Shown here: piece by piece, positions 32,521 to 41,992 of the stretch | Layout of the letters: every line of letters starts with the position of its first letter | Position numbering within the stretch: position 1 is the stretch's first letter | Assembly: GCA_018992685.1 (NCBI GenBank) | Contig: JACVGT010000021.1 | Coordinates: 81,748-145,747, forward strand | DNA from: Theionarchaea archaeon | GTDB taxonomy: Archaea; Methanobacteriota_B; Thermococci; Methanofastidiosales; SZ-28-30 | Direction: 5' to 3' | DNA length: 64,000 nt | The notes under the pieces: model-generated | Seen by the model: the letters and a program-made list of their open reading frames with translations, nothing else | Database searches by the model: none | What the model was told of the DNA's origin: nothing | Position numbers and translations under genes: made by a program

Positions 32521-33672
32521 ATGGGAAGAATTATGGGAACCCTGACAAGAGATATTGGCATGCTCTGCTGGATGGCATGGAGCACGACCTGCCCATCACT
32601 CAGATTTTCGGTGTCTTCTTCACTTGCCCATATCGCCCATGTTGCATGCAGGACCCGACTGGAAACCCTTCCTGCGCATTGCCTTCCCTATCACGAACTT
32701 CTGGGAGAATCCTACTTGAAAGAAAAGCACTGGGTGTATGCCATCCTCATGGCTGTCATGGAATCCCTCCCCGTACTGTACGGGAGACGCACACAGGATG
32801 AGATTCTTCATTCTGTCCTGGGGAAGACCTACCTGGGAGCAAGCTCAAAACTGCTGGATAACCTCAACGACGAGATCCACACTGTCGATCAGGCTCTCAG
32901 TTCACTGCAGAACTACCTTGCAGCCCTGACGTGTGGACACTATCAGGTGAACGAAGATTCCAAAGTCTCAAGAGCTGAATCTTCTGCATGCGAAATGGCT
33001 TCCTGGATATATACCACCTTGAATGATGATTCCCCTGCATTCACCTGGTATGTTGAAGATTGTAGGAAGTTGGTGAATGGTCAGGTAGCCTCACTGAACC
33101 ACAAGAGGACAACATGGCCATCACTTGCTGAGTATGTCGGTGCCATTGCAGAAAAGAGCATTGGGGATGTATGGATTGATATTGATCTGTGTCAGGTAGA
33201 CGAGGTGGATTCAGATACACACCTTCTCAAGAAGAGCAATGAGTACATTTTCAAGTCCAGTCTTCTCTATGATGATGTTCAGGATCTCACAGACGATATT
33301 GAGACCACTTCCATAAATTCCGTGCTGCTCTTGGCTCTGGAGAGAAAAATAATCTCAGAAGCAGATCTTGAGAACCTGCAACCGGCTCAGCTGAAGGTGT
33401 TGCTTCAGGAAGCTGGCATCGTAGACGATATTATTCACCTGGCTGACGCCTTCTTTTTGAAAGGCATTTATGCCTTCCAGGACATAGAGACCACAGAGGT
33501 AGACAAGAAAGGGTTGCTCTACAGCTTCCAGCTCGTGCGGCTTTTCAATTTTAGAAAGCTGCTTTTAGCACAGAGGGATAGAAAGACACTCAAAAAGGTC
33601 ATGGCATCCTTCTCAGATCTCCAATCACTGCGAGACACCATACCTGAAGAAATTGGGGCTCTCGTCTGGTGA
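32521..33672 (+). CDS. Class I isoprenoid-synthase (terpene synthase/polyprenyl synthase) fold protein
   Basis: All-helical composition with two Asp-rich motifs, LLDNLNDE and LYDDVQDLTDD...N, plus AEKS between them. Confidence 0.6.
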   Translation: MGRIMGTLTRDIGMLCWMAWSTTCPSLRFSVSSSLAHIAHVACRTRLETLPAHCLPYHELLGESYLKEKHWVYAILMAVMESLPVLYGRRTQDEILHSVLGKTYLGASSKLLDNLNDEIHTVDQALSSLQNYLAALTCGHYQVNEDSKVSRAESSACEMASWIYTTLNDDSPAFTWYVEDCRKLVNGQVASLNHKRTTWPSLAEYVGAIAEKSIGDVWIDIDLCQVDEVDSDTHLLKKSNEYIFKSSLLYDDVQDLTDDIETTSINSVLLLALERKIISEADLENLQPAQLKVLLQEAGIVDDIIHLADAFFLKGIYAFQDIETTEVDKKGLLYSFQLVRLFNFRKLLLAQRDRKTLKKVMASFSDLQSLRDTIPEEIGALVW

Positions 33673-33676
33673 TAGA

Positions 33677-34570
33677 ATGGTTAACCCATGGGTGAGAGCA
33701 ATCCGGCTGCAATACTACCCCACGACGGGGCTGATCCTGCTGGTGGCCCTATCTGTATCCGCTTTTGAAGGCATTGTCTTCATGACCGGCATTGTGTGGA
33801 TAGTGGCAGGGAATGTACTCCTCCATTGTGCATGCAGTCTGATCAATGAATACCGGGATTTCAAAACTGGGGCAGACCTCGTGGAGTATCCTCAGAGCGG
33901 GTGGTCAGCAACAGGAGGGAGTGGTGTCCTAAAGGAGCAACTACTTCTGCCCAGGCAGGCTCTGCGTGTATCTGCCATCCTGTTCTTGGCATCCTGGGCT
34001 ATCTGGCTGGTCCTGGGTTACAAGACCGATTACTGGGTTGTCTTCTTGATGAGTGGAGCCCTCTTGATGACATACTTGTATTCGGCAGCTGTATCTGTGG
34101 GAGGATTTTACTACTACAGAGATGTTGCAATGAGCCTGGGGAGCGTCCCTCTGGTAGTGGTATCAGTGGTGAAGGTCTTGACTGCAGGGTACTCTCTGGT
34201 TGCTCTTGCTACAGGAATTATTATGGGAATACTGATTCTTATTTACCTCCTATACCATGGGATTGTGGATCTAAATGCAGATTCTATGAGTGGAAAACTG
34301 CGGATCAGCAGGGTACTGGGACCGGAAAAGACACGTATGGTCGCGAAGGTGCTTTTCTTTTCCACGGTTCTGGGAGTCACGGGATTGGCGTACAAGGGGG
34401 TTCTCCCTCAATTCAGTATGTTGATAGTTACGCTACTCCCTCCTGCCATTGTCGTCATGTGGAACGAGAAGAGGCAGCCCCCCATGAAGACCTACAACCA
34501 GGTTATCTTACTGCTAGGAGCAGCTGCAGTATTTCTCTGCAGTGGGTTCTGGGTGCATCTTGTATTGTAG
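33677..34570 (+). CDS. UbiA/MenA-family membrane prenyltransferase
   Basis: WVRAIR, LINEYRDFKTGAD, TGGSGVL, DLNADSMSGK; about 8-9 TM segments; GGTGA RBS. Confidence 0.82.
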   Translation: MVNPWVRAIRLQYYPTTGLILLVALSVSAFEGIVFMTGIVWIVAGNVLLHCACSLINEYRDFKTGADLVEYPQSGWSATGGSGVLKEQLLLPRQALRVSAILFLASWAIWLVLGYKTDYWVVFLMSGALLMTYLYSAAVSVGGFYYYRDVAMSLGSVPLVVVSVVKVLTAGYSLVALATGIIMGILILIYLLYHGIVDLNADSMSGKLRISRVLGPEKTRMVAKVLFFSTVLGVTGLAYKGVLPQFSMLIVTLLPPAIVVMWNEKRQPPMKTYNQVILLLGAAAVFLCSGFWVHLVL

Positions 34571-34625
34571 AAGAGGGTGATACTCCCACAGGCAGGTTTA
34601 TAAGATGTGATTTGCCAGTTCTTTT

Positions 34626-35462
34626 ATGAAACGCCGGATCAACTGGATGCGGGTCATAAGTATTACTGGATTGGCCCTGGCTTTCCTGGGCATCCAGATC
34701 ATTTTCACAAGCTATACACTGTTTGATACGAATTTTGATCATGTGATCTCCATGCTCATAAGGAGAGGCGCCATTGAAACTGTGGTGGCCCTGCTGTTGT
34801 TTGTGGTAGTTGCCAAGAATACGACCCTGCATGACATCAAAGTTATCCTGCACAGTCTGAGAGTATATGTTGTACTGGCAAGTCTATTTCTGTTGCTTGG
34901 ATTCGTTGCGGGTATTTTCCTGCAGGAGGCTTTCAAGGGACTTGCCCAAACTATTTTTGAAGAATTGGCCAGGGAAGCTGAAAAAATCCAATCCATTCCA
35001 TCCCACTATCAGGTTCTTGTAATTTTTGGAAACAATTCCCGTGTTACAGCACTCTCTGGTATCGTTTCTGGAATTATAGCCCCTTTTTTCCTTGTTGGAG
35101 TCCTGGTCCCGCCAGTGGTCATGGGGATGAACGGATTCATACTGGGGTTTGCCCCCGGTCTTGTGGGGATGAGCTGGTCTGATTTTATGATAGCCATTGC
35201 CCCCCACGGGATATTTGAAATTCCTGCCCTGGTTCTGTCTGCGGCTGTCGGATTGAAGTTTGCCATCTCAGTACTCCAAGCCTGCATTGGGTATCTGTTT
35301 CCTCCACCAGGTGTCAAGGCGATGGAGGCCTTCCTAGACAGGATCAGACCTGGATGGTATTCACTGAAGCTCTTTGCCTTGATCATTCCCCTTCTCGTGG
35401 TGGCTGCATTCGTCGAAGCTTACGTCACCCCGCAGATCATGGAGCTTTTTGGCATCTTGTAA
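34626..35462 (+). CDS. SpoIIM (DUF95)-family membrane protein
   Basis: IFGNN, NGFILG, PHGIFEIPA, AAFVEAYVTP. Confidence 0.88.
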   Translation: MKRRINWMRVISITGLALAFLGIQIIFTSYTLFDTNFDHVISMLIRRGAIETVVALLLFVVVAKNTTLHDIKVILHSLRVYVVLASLFLLLGFVAGIFLQEAFKGLAQTIFEELAREAEKIQSIPSHYQVLVIFGNNSRVTALSGIVSGIIAPFFLVGVLVPPVVMGMNGFILGFAPGLVGMSWSDFMIAIAPHGIFEIPALVLSAAVGLKFAISVLQACIGYLFPPPGVKAMEAFLDRIRPGWYSLKLFALIIPLLVVAAFVEAYVTPQIMELFGIL

Positions 35463-35558
35463 TCGAGGGTACACCTGAACTGAGTAATGGCTGAAAAGGG
35501 TACGTGGGAATCCTGAAAATCCTAAACCCTTATAACTTCTGGTGCTGTGCTGTAGACA

Positions 35559-36977
35559 ATGCAGAAGAAACGCAGTGATGGCAACTTAGCAATTCTGACC
35601 TCCATTATCGTCCCAACAGCCATCATGATATACCGGAATGACAGCATGAGCCTTTTTGAATTCCGCGTTCTAATGGGGGGGTTTTTGATCCCTATTTTTG
35701 GAGAATTCCTTCTCTTCCAGAAAAAGAAAAGTTCTGCCTTGAAGTGGATCTTGTTTTCCCACACGTCTCTGTTCATTCTTGCAGTAATTGCTCTCTCCTT
35801 TCACAAGAAGGAGCACCTGTTCTTTGGACTGTTCTCTGCAGGGATACTGATCATTCTCCTCTCCAATGCAGTAATAGATAATCTCTCTTTCACTGCCCGG
35901 GTCATGAGGCTATTTACGGGAGGCATTGCGTTCTGGGTTGTAGTTTCATATTTTCCTCTAAACATTGTGCTTTCAGTGATATTTGGAGCCGTAGCATTCT
36001 TTCTGTGTTACATTTTCTTTGAGATTCCTGTGAAGATCACTCCCACGCAACCTCCCAAGTCAGTCGAACAGAGTGTACCACCTCGCGAGCTTGTGCTCAT
36101 GTCCCCAGCGGCGCAATTTTTCCGTAAGCGGGATTTTTCCCGGCTGACAAGCGAAGTTAATACACTCATTGAGGTGACGGATTGCTCACCATATGCAGAG
36201 CGGACTATCAGAGAAGAAGCTCTCACCTATATTCTCCAGCTCTATTCGCGAAAAGCAGAGTCTTTTGAGCAGTGTGTTGCGCAGCCTGACCTGCAGGAAT
36301 TTCATGATAAAGTTGATCACTGCAGGAGGCTTCTGGCAAAGATGCAGCAGGCAGAGACGGGGTGGAACAACCTCAGGGCAGACCTGTCCTTTCTGAAGAA
36401 ACATGTCAAGGAAGCCACTTCGCAGCAGATCCAAGAGATTCTTTCTCAAATCTCTAACTTCAAAGAGGAATATGGCAATCATGTGCCTGAAAAAGATATG
36501 GCTGCTCTTTCCAAAGAGGTTGCTGCTACTTCGCAGTATATTGCACACTACGATGTCATTAGAGAAGAATGGGGCAACTTGGCAAAGGAGGTATCTCGGC
36601 TCATGAGACGACTTGAAGTTGCTCAACCGTCTGAATGCCAGACATTGAGGGACCGGTTCACGGAGAATGTGGGCCTCTTTCAAAGATGCATTCCTCTGGA
36701 GAAGATTGAGGAAATGCGCCAGAAGATTACGTACTGTCACTCTCTTTCACAACTGATGGAAGAATGGAAAACCCTCAAGGCATCCCTGAATAGTGTCTTG
36801 AGTGCAACCCAGGATTCCGGACAGGAAATTGCGGAGCTTGAACGGCTTTTCCTTTCTAAAACGGATGAATTTGCATCTATAGTGCCCCCTGATGAAATAT
36901 CATGGATGAAAGTTCGACTTAGGCTGGCACGTCTCAGCCATGAGAGATCTGGACAGAAAGGTCAAGACGCGGGCTGA
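35559..36977 (+). CDS. Membrane protein with C-terminal helical repeats
   Basis: About 6 N-terminal hydrophobic segments and a helical, charged C-terminus; TATA CTTATAAC upstream. Confidence 0.7.
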   Translation: MQKKRSDGNLAILTSIIVPTAIMIYRNDSMSLFEFRVLMGGFLIPIFGEFLLFQKKKSSALKWILFSHTSLFILAVIALSFHKKEHLFFGLFSAGILIILLSNAVIDNLSFTARVMRLFTGGIAFWVVVSYFPLNIVLSVIFGAVAFFLCYIFFEIPVKITPTQPPKSVEQSVPPRELVLMSPAAQFFRKRDFSRLTSEVNTLIEVTDCSPYAERTIREEALTYILQLYSRKAESFEQCVAQPDLQEFHDKVDHCRRLLAKMQQAETGWNNLRADLSFLKKHVKEATSQQIQEILSQISNFKEEYGNHVPEKDMAALSKEVAATSQYIAHYDVIREEWGNLAKEVSRLMRRLEVAQPSECQTLRDRFTENVGLFQRCIPLEKIEEMRQKITYCHSLSQLMEEWKTLKASLNSVLSATQDSGQEIAELERLFLSKTDEFASIVPPDEISWMKVRLRLARLSHERSGQKGQDAG

Positions 36978-36998
36978 TTGAACAAATGGAGAGTAAGC

Positions 36999-37685
36999 AT
37001 GAAGGTTTCACTGGTATTTCCGACCCGAAATGAAAAACTTACCATAGGAGGCTGCATAAATAAGGCCAGGGAGGCTCTCCGTCAGAATTCATTCGATGTA
37101 GAGGTTATCGTCTGTGATAGTTCTGTGGACGCTACTCCACAGATTGCTCTGGATCTGGGAGCCGATGTCATTTCTTGCACCACACTGGGGTACGGTCGTG
37201 CGTGTCGAACAGGACTTCACCATTCCTCAGGGAATGTTATCGTGATATGTGATGCAGATGGGACTTATCCCTTGGAAATACTAGAAGAATTCATCGAACC
37301 AGCGATTTCGGGTGAAGCAGATCTCGTGATTGGGAATCGATTTACCAGCATCATGGAAAAGGGTGCCATGCCATGGCACCACAAATATGTGGGTAATCCC
37401 TTTCTCACCGGTGTACTGAATCTCCTTTTTGGGATGGATATTAAAGATGCACACTGCGGGATGAGGGCAGTAACCCGGAAAGCGTATCAGAACATGCATA
37501 TGAAGTGCGATGGCATGGAATTCGCATCAGAAATGCTTGTTGAAGCCAAGAGGTGTGGCCTCACCATCAGACAAGTTCCCATACCCTACTTTTCAAGGAG
37601 ATCTCCTTCTCATCTTAATTCATTTTCAGACGGATGGAGGCATTTTTGGTTCCTGGTTTCACGCTGGATCAGATCTCATCTGTAG
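36999..37685 (+). CDS. GT2 glycosyltransferase (Dol-P-sugar synthase-like)
   Basis: FPTRNE, DSSVD, GYGRA, DADGTY, DAHCGMR. Confidence 0.9.
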   Translation: MKVSLVFPTRNEKLTIGGCINKAREALRQNSFDVEVIVCDSSVDATPQIALDLGADVISCTTLGYGRACRTGLHHSSGNVIVICDADGTYPLEILEEFIEPAISGEADLVIGNRFTSIMEKGAMPWHHKYVGNPFLTGVLNLLFGMDIKDAHCGMRAVTRKAYQNMHMKCDGMEFASEMLVEAKRCGLTIRQVPIPYFSRRSPSHLNSFSDGWRHFWFLVSRWIRSHL

Positions 37686-37803
37686 CTGTTTCAGAGAATG
37701 CCCGGGGAATGCGAGGGTTTATATAGAACGATTCGATGAGTACGTATAGATCGGAAACCATTTCCGGAAAAAGAAATGAGAAAACAGCTGAGGAGAGTTC
37801 AGT

Positions 37804-38685
37804 ATGGAAACGCTCTCTATAATTATCCCGACACTGGATGAAGAGGAAGCCATTGGACTGGTTCTGGACGAATGCCTGTCAGTACTGGAGACTCTGCCCT
37901 TTGAATCAGAGGTAATTGTGGTGGATGGGAATTCTTGTGATAAGACAGCAGAAATTGCCAGAGAAAGGGGAGCCAGAGTGATAACGGAAAAGCGAAGAGG
38001 GAAGGGCACTGCCATAATGACTGCATTCAGAAGAACAAGTTCCGAGTATGTAATTATGATGGATGGGGATTTCTCCTATGATCCACGGGATATACCCAGA
38101 ATGCTGGCCCCATTACGTAACAATGAAGCCGACTGCGTACTGGGGAAGAGAAATCCTGCAGAAGGCTCCATGGCCAGGGTCAACAATGTGGGTAACCGGA
38201 TCATCAGTGGACTCGTCCGGATGTTGTACAACATTCCTGTTTGTGATGTGTGCACAGGGTTTTGGGCACTCAAGAAAGATGTGGTGGCGATTTTGAAGAA
38301 TAGTGATGCAGGGGGATTTGACCTGGAGGCCACCATGTTGATAAGAACGTTCCACGGAGGATACCACGTTGCAGAAGTACCTGTGGGGTACAGGCAGAGG
38401 AAAGGGACTGCAAAGTTGCGTCCTCTGCGAAGTGGGATTACTATTGTAGCTACTGTAGTAAGGATGTTGCGAGACTACAATCCACTCCTTCTGTTCGGGG
38501 GAATCAGCTTGCTGAGCTTTCTTATTGGGGGGTTTCTAGGGGTTAATGTGATATCCATGTTTCAGAAATATGGAGAAATCATGATCGGAAGGGCTTTGTT
38601 GACAGTGCTTTTCATTCTGATCGGTGTCCAGAGTTTGTTTTTCGGGCTACTCTCTGATATGATTCTGAGAAGGGATATGAGATGA
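37804..38685 (+). CDS. GT2 glycosyltransferase with two C-terminal TM helices (AglJ/DPM-like)
   Basis: IIPTLDEE, VDGNSCD, GKGTA, MDGDFSY, DVCTGF, YNPLLLFG. Confidence 0.88.
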   Translation: METLSIIIPTLDEEEAIGLVLDECLSVLETLPFESEVIVVDGNSCDKTAEIARERGARVITEKRRGKGTAIMTAFRRTSSEYVIMMDGDFSYDPRDIPRMLAPLRNNEADCVLGKRNPAEGSMARVNNVGNRIISGLVRMLYNIPVCDVCTGFWALKKDVVAILKNSDAGGFDLEATMLIRTFHGGYHVAEVPVGYRQRKGTAKLRPLRSGITIVATVVRMLRDYNPLLLFGGISLLSFLIGGFLGVNVISMFQKYGEIMIGRALLTVLFILIGVQSLFFGLLSDMILRRDMR

Positions 38686-39869
38686 TACACATATTGCTGA
38701 TTTTGAGCGGTATTTCTCTCTTGTTGTTCTACTCTTCATACTATTGCCTAGTTCTGCTTGAATCCAGAAAGAATAAAACAAAAAGGCCATTTGAAACGAG
38801 TGTATCCATTATTATCCCAACGTATAATGAGGAAAAAACTATAGAGCAAAAGCTCCAGAATGTAGGAAGTCAAGACTACACCGGCAAGATGGAAATTCTC
38901 GTTGTCGACAGTTCTACAGACGGGACGCTGGAGACAGTCAAGCACTGCGCAGGAACGGATCCGTGCATACGCGTCCTACATGAAGAAACCAGAAGAGGAA
39001 AAGCATTTGCGCTTAATCAGGCATTCCCCGTCTGTTCTGGCGAAATCATTGTTATAACTGATGCAGATGCGATCTGGGCACGTGATACTTTGAAGGAGGC
39101 CATTATGAATTTCTCAGATCCGGAAGTGGGGGCAGTCACAGGGAGGCAGATCCTTTTGAATCCAACACAAACGCGTGCAACAGAAACTGAGCGTGTCTAC
39201 AGAAAATTCTATGAGATTCTGAGGATTGCGGAGAGCAACATAGATTCAACTCCCATATTCCATGGCGAACTGGCTTGCTATAGGAGGGATCTCCTGGAAA
39301 AAGTCACTGAAAATAGCATGGCAGACGATTCAGAGCTGGCTCTATCTGTTCGGAAAAAAGGAGCTAGAAGTATCTATGATCCAAAATCAGTGTTCTTTGA
39401 GTACGCACCTCCCACATGGAGGTCTAGATACATTCAAAAAGTCAGAAGGGGTCAGGGGTTACAGCAGCTCTTCTGTCGGAACTGGAGAATCCTTTTCAAT
39501 TCCACCTACGGTAGGTTCGGCCTCGTGGTGTATCCAGCGGAGTTTTTTATGCATGTTGTGTCTCCTAATCTAGTGTTGCTTTTTGTGATAACACTATTAT
39601 GGACAGCGATCAAGAATTTCCTGGGCTATTTTCTGGTTCTTGCACTTGGTCTTACCCTCCTGTACTTGATAAGTGGAAAAACTCTTGAGACTTTTGCCAC
39701 TTTTTTTCAATCACAATTCATCCTTATAATTTCTCTGATTCGTTTGATCTCAGGACATTCTCAGCATGTGTGGCCCCAAGTGGAGGAGATTAGAGACCTG
39801 TGGGAAATCGAGATGTTCGAATCGAATGGCACTCATGAAGAACAAGGGGTCAATAGGCATCATGAATAA
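38682..39869 (+). CDS. Membrane GT2 glycosyltransferase (CesA-like group)
   Basis: IIPTYNEE, GKAFALN, TDAD, ADD, QKVRR (QxxRW variant). Confidence 0.88.
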   Translation: MIHILLILSGISLLLFYSSYYCLVLLESRKNKTKRPFETSVSIIIPTYNEEKTIEQKLQNVGSQDYTGKMEILVVDSSTDGTLETVKHCAGTDPCIRVLHEETRRGKAFALNQAFPVCSGEIIVITDADAIWARDTLKEAIMNFSDPEVGAVTGRQILLNPTQTRATETERVYRKFYEILRIAESNIDSTPIFHGELACYRRDLLEKVTENSMADDSELALSVRKKGARSIYDPKSVFFEYAPPTWRSRYIQKVRRGQGLQQLFCRNWRILFNSTYGRFGLVVYPAEFFMHVVSPNLVLLFVITLLWTAIKNFLGYFLVLALGLTLLYLISGKTLETFATFFQSQFILIISLIRLISGHSQHVWPQVEEIRDLWEIEMFESNGTHEEQGVNRHHE

Positions 39870-39914
39870 TAAATCCTATAAGTGAAAACTGCGTGTAGGA
39901 GGCGGAGAGTCTGA

Positions 39915-40835
39915 ATGGAAAAGATATTGGTGACAGGTGGGGCTGGCTTCATTGGCAGCCACCTCGTTGATCATTTGGTGAGCTGTGGAGAGGTTGTGGT
40001 CATTGACAACTTCGAAACAGGGAAAATATCCAACTTGAAACAGGTTAGAGACAGAATACGTCTGGTGAAGGGTGACATCAGAGATAGTAATCTCTTAAAA
40101 AGGGTTATTGTAGATATTGATACTGTATTTCATTTTGCAGCTAGTGCGTCTGTGCCCCTTTCTTTTCATGATCCACGAATTGATCTAGAAACAAATGCGC
40201 TTGGCACTCTCAACCTGTTGCAGGCTGCAGCCGAATCTGATGTTGAAAGGATTATTTATGCTTCCTCTGCAGCAGTCTATGGCGAGCCTCAATATCTTCC
40301 TGTGGATGAGGATCATCCAGTCTCTCCGATTTCACCGTACGGCATGACGAAGTATCTGGGTGAGCGATACGGCATGATATTCAGAGAACGTTATGGAATT
40401 TCCTTTTCATCTGCACGCATCTTCAATGTTTACGGACCGCGGCAGGCCAATAACGTAGTGCACGATTTGCTGTCAAAGCTCAGTAAGAATCCTCGAACTC
40501 TCGAGGTTTTGGGAACGGGTGAGCAAGTAAGAGATTTCTCTCATATAGCAGATATAATTGACGCACTTCTTCTCATCGCGAAAAGAGGGGATGGGACATA
40601 CAATGTTGCAAGTGGAAATGCAATTACTGTTAGAGAACTGGCACAAATGCTTGTTGGGCTAATATTTCCATCTGTAGATATATCGTATACAGGATCATCA
40701 TGGGAAGGAGATGTTAGTCGTTTGTCGGCAGACATTGCACGATTGTCAGAGCTTGGATTCATTCCTCGAGTCCCTCTGGAAGAGGGCCTTAGCCACACAG
40801 TGCAGTGGTTCTTCACAAGGAGAAGAGAGGTATGA
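39915..40835 (+). CDS. NAD-dependent nucleotide-sugar epimerase/dehydratase (GalE/WbpP-like)
   Basis: TGGAGFIG, SSAAVYG, YGMTK, FNVYGPRQ, RDF. Confidence 0.93.
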   Translation: MEKILVTGGAGFIGSHLVDHLVSCGEVVVIDNFETGKISNLKQVRDRIRLVKGDIRDSNLLKRVIVDIDTVFHFAASASVPLSFHDPRIDLETNALGTLNLLQAAAESDVERIIYASSAAVYGEPQYLPVDEDHPVSPISPYGMTKYLGERYGMIFRERYGISFSSARIFNVYGPRQANNVVHDLLSKLSKNPRTLEVLGTGEQVRDFSHIADIIDALLLIAKRGDGTYNVASGNAITVRELAQMLVGLIFPSVDISYTGSSWEGDVSRLSADIARLSELGFIPRVPLEEGLSHTVQWFFTRRREV

Positions 40836-41887
40836 GAATAATTCAGATAACTCCCAGGTACCTGCCATTCTATGGCGGAGTCGAAATTCATGTAAAATAC
40901 ATTTCAGAGTGGCTTGCAAGGATGCATGAAGTGGTAGTTCTTACCTGTGACCCTGTGGGTGGTCTTCCAAGGGAGGAAATCATCAATGGCGTTTTCGTCA
41001 GAAGATTTCGGGGATTTGCTCCAGGGGAGGCGTACTATTTCTCTCCGGAAATGGCACTAGAAATAAAACGAGCACATCCTGATATTCTTCACGCTCACAA
41101 CTATCATGCGTTTCCTTTCTTCGCCTCAGCATTGGGAACCTCAAAACTTGTAGTCACGCCTCACTATCACGGAAGGGGTCACACTTGGCTGCGGAATATT
41201 CTGCTGGGCGGATTTCGTCCAATAGGAAAAGTAGTTTTTGGAAAGGCAGACAAGATATTATATCTGTCGTCGCACGAAAGGAGGCTACTCAAGGAGCATT
41301 TTGGAATAGGTGATAGTAAATTGTATTTTCTTCCGAATGGAGTAGACCCCAGTGAATTGAGGAATCCGAAAACGAAAACAAGAAAGCAGAATCAGAAAAC
41401 CATTCTTTGCGTGAGTAGACTCCAGAAATATAAGGGAATCCATTATGCTATACATGCACTTTCCCATTTGGATTCCAGGTTTGAACTTGAAATAGTGGGA
41501 ACCGGTCCATACAAGAAAGATCTGATCCGACTGGTTAAGGAAACCGGACTTGAAGAAAGAGTCACCTTCTATGAGAATTTGCCGCGAAAGCTCCTTCTCG
41601 AAAGATATGGTGAGGCGGATGTTTTCGTTCTTCTCTCTTCAGCAGAAAGTTATGGAATATCTGTTGGAGAAGCCCTTGCGTCAGGAATACCATGTATAGT
41701 GGCAAATACTTCTGCCCTATCAGCGTGGGCTGACGGGAAGACCTGTTTTGGGATTGATATTCCTCCGAATATTGAAAGGCTTGCAGGCTTGATAAGGGAG
41801 GTTTCAACTGCAATTTCTGAACCAGTTGAGTTGCCGACATGGCCAGAGATAGGCCAGAGATTGAATCAGATCTATCAGATGGAGTAA
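40832..41887 (+). CDS. GT4 glycosyltransferase
   Basis: GGVE, HAHNYH, PNGVD, RLQKYKG, ESYGISVGEALASGIP. Confidence 0.92.
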   Translation: MRIIQITPRYLPFYGGVEIHVKYISEWLARMHEVVVLTCDPVGGLPREEIINGVFVRRFRGFAPGEAYYFSPEMALEIKRAHPDILHAHNYHAFPFFASALGTSKLVVTPHYHGRGHTWLRNILLGGFRPIGKVVFGKADKILYLSSHERRLLKEHFGIGDSKLYFLPNGVDPSELRNPKTKTRKQNQKTILCVSRLQKYKGIHYAIHALSHLDSRFELEIVGTGPYKKDLIRLVKETGLEERVTFYENLPRKLLLERYGEADVFVLLSSAESYGISVGEALASGIPCIVANTSALSAWADGKTCFGIDIPPNIERLAGLIREVSTAISEPVELPTWPEIGQRLNQIYQME

Positions 41888-41992
41888 TCCCTTTTTCTGG
41901 CCTTCGGGCGGAATCCTTGGATTTGGTGTTCGCCAGAACATCAAAGCAAGACTAGGTTAAACTTTATATGACTGATTATCTAACATTGACGG

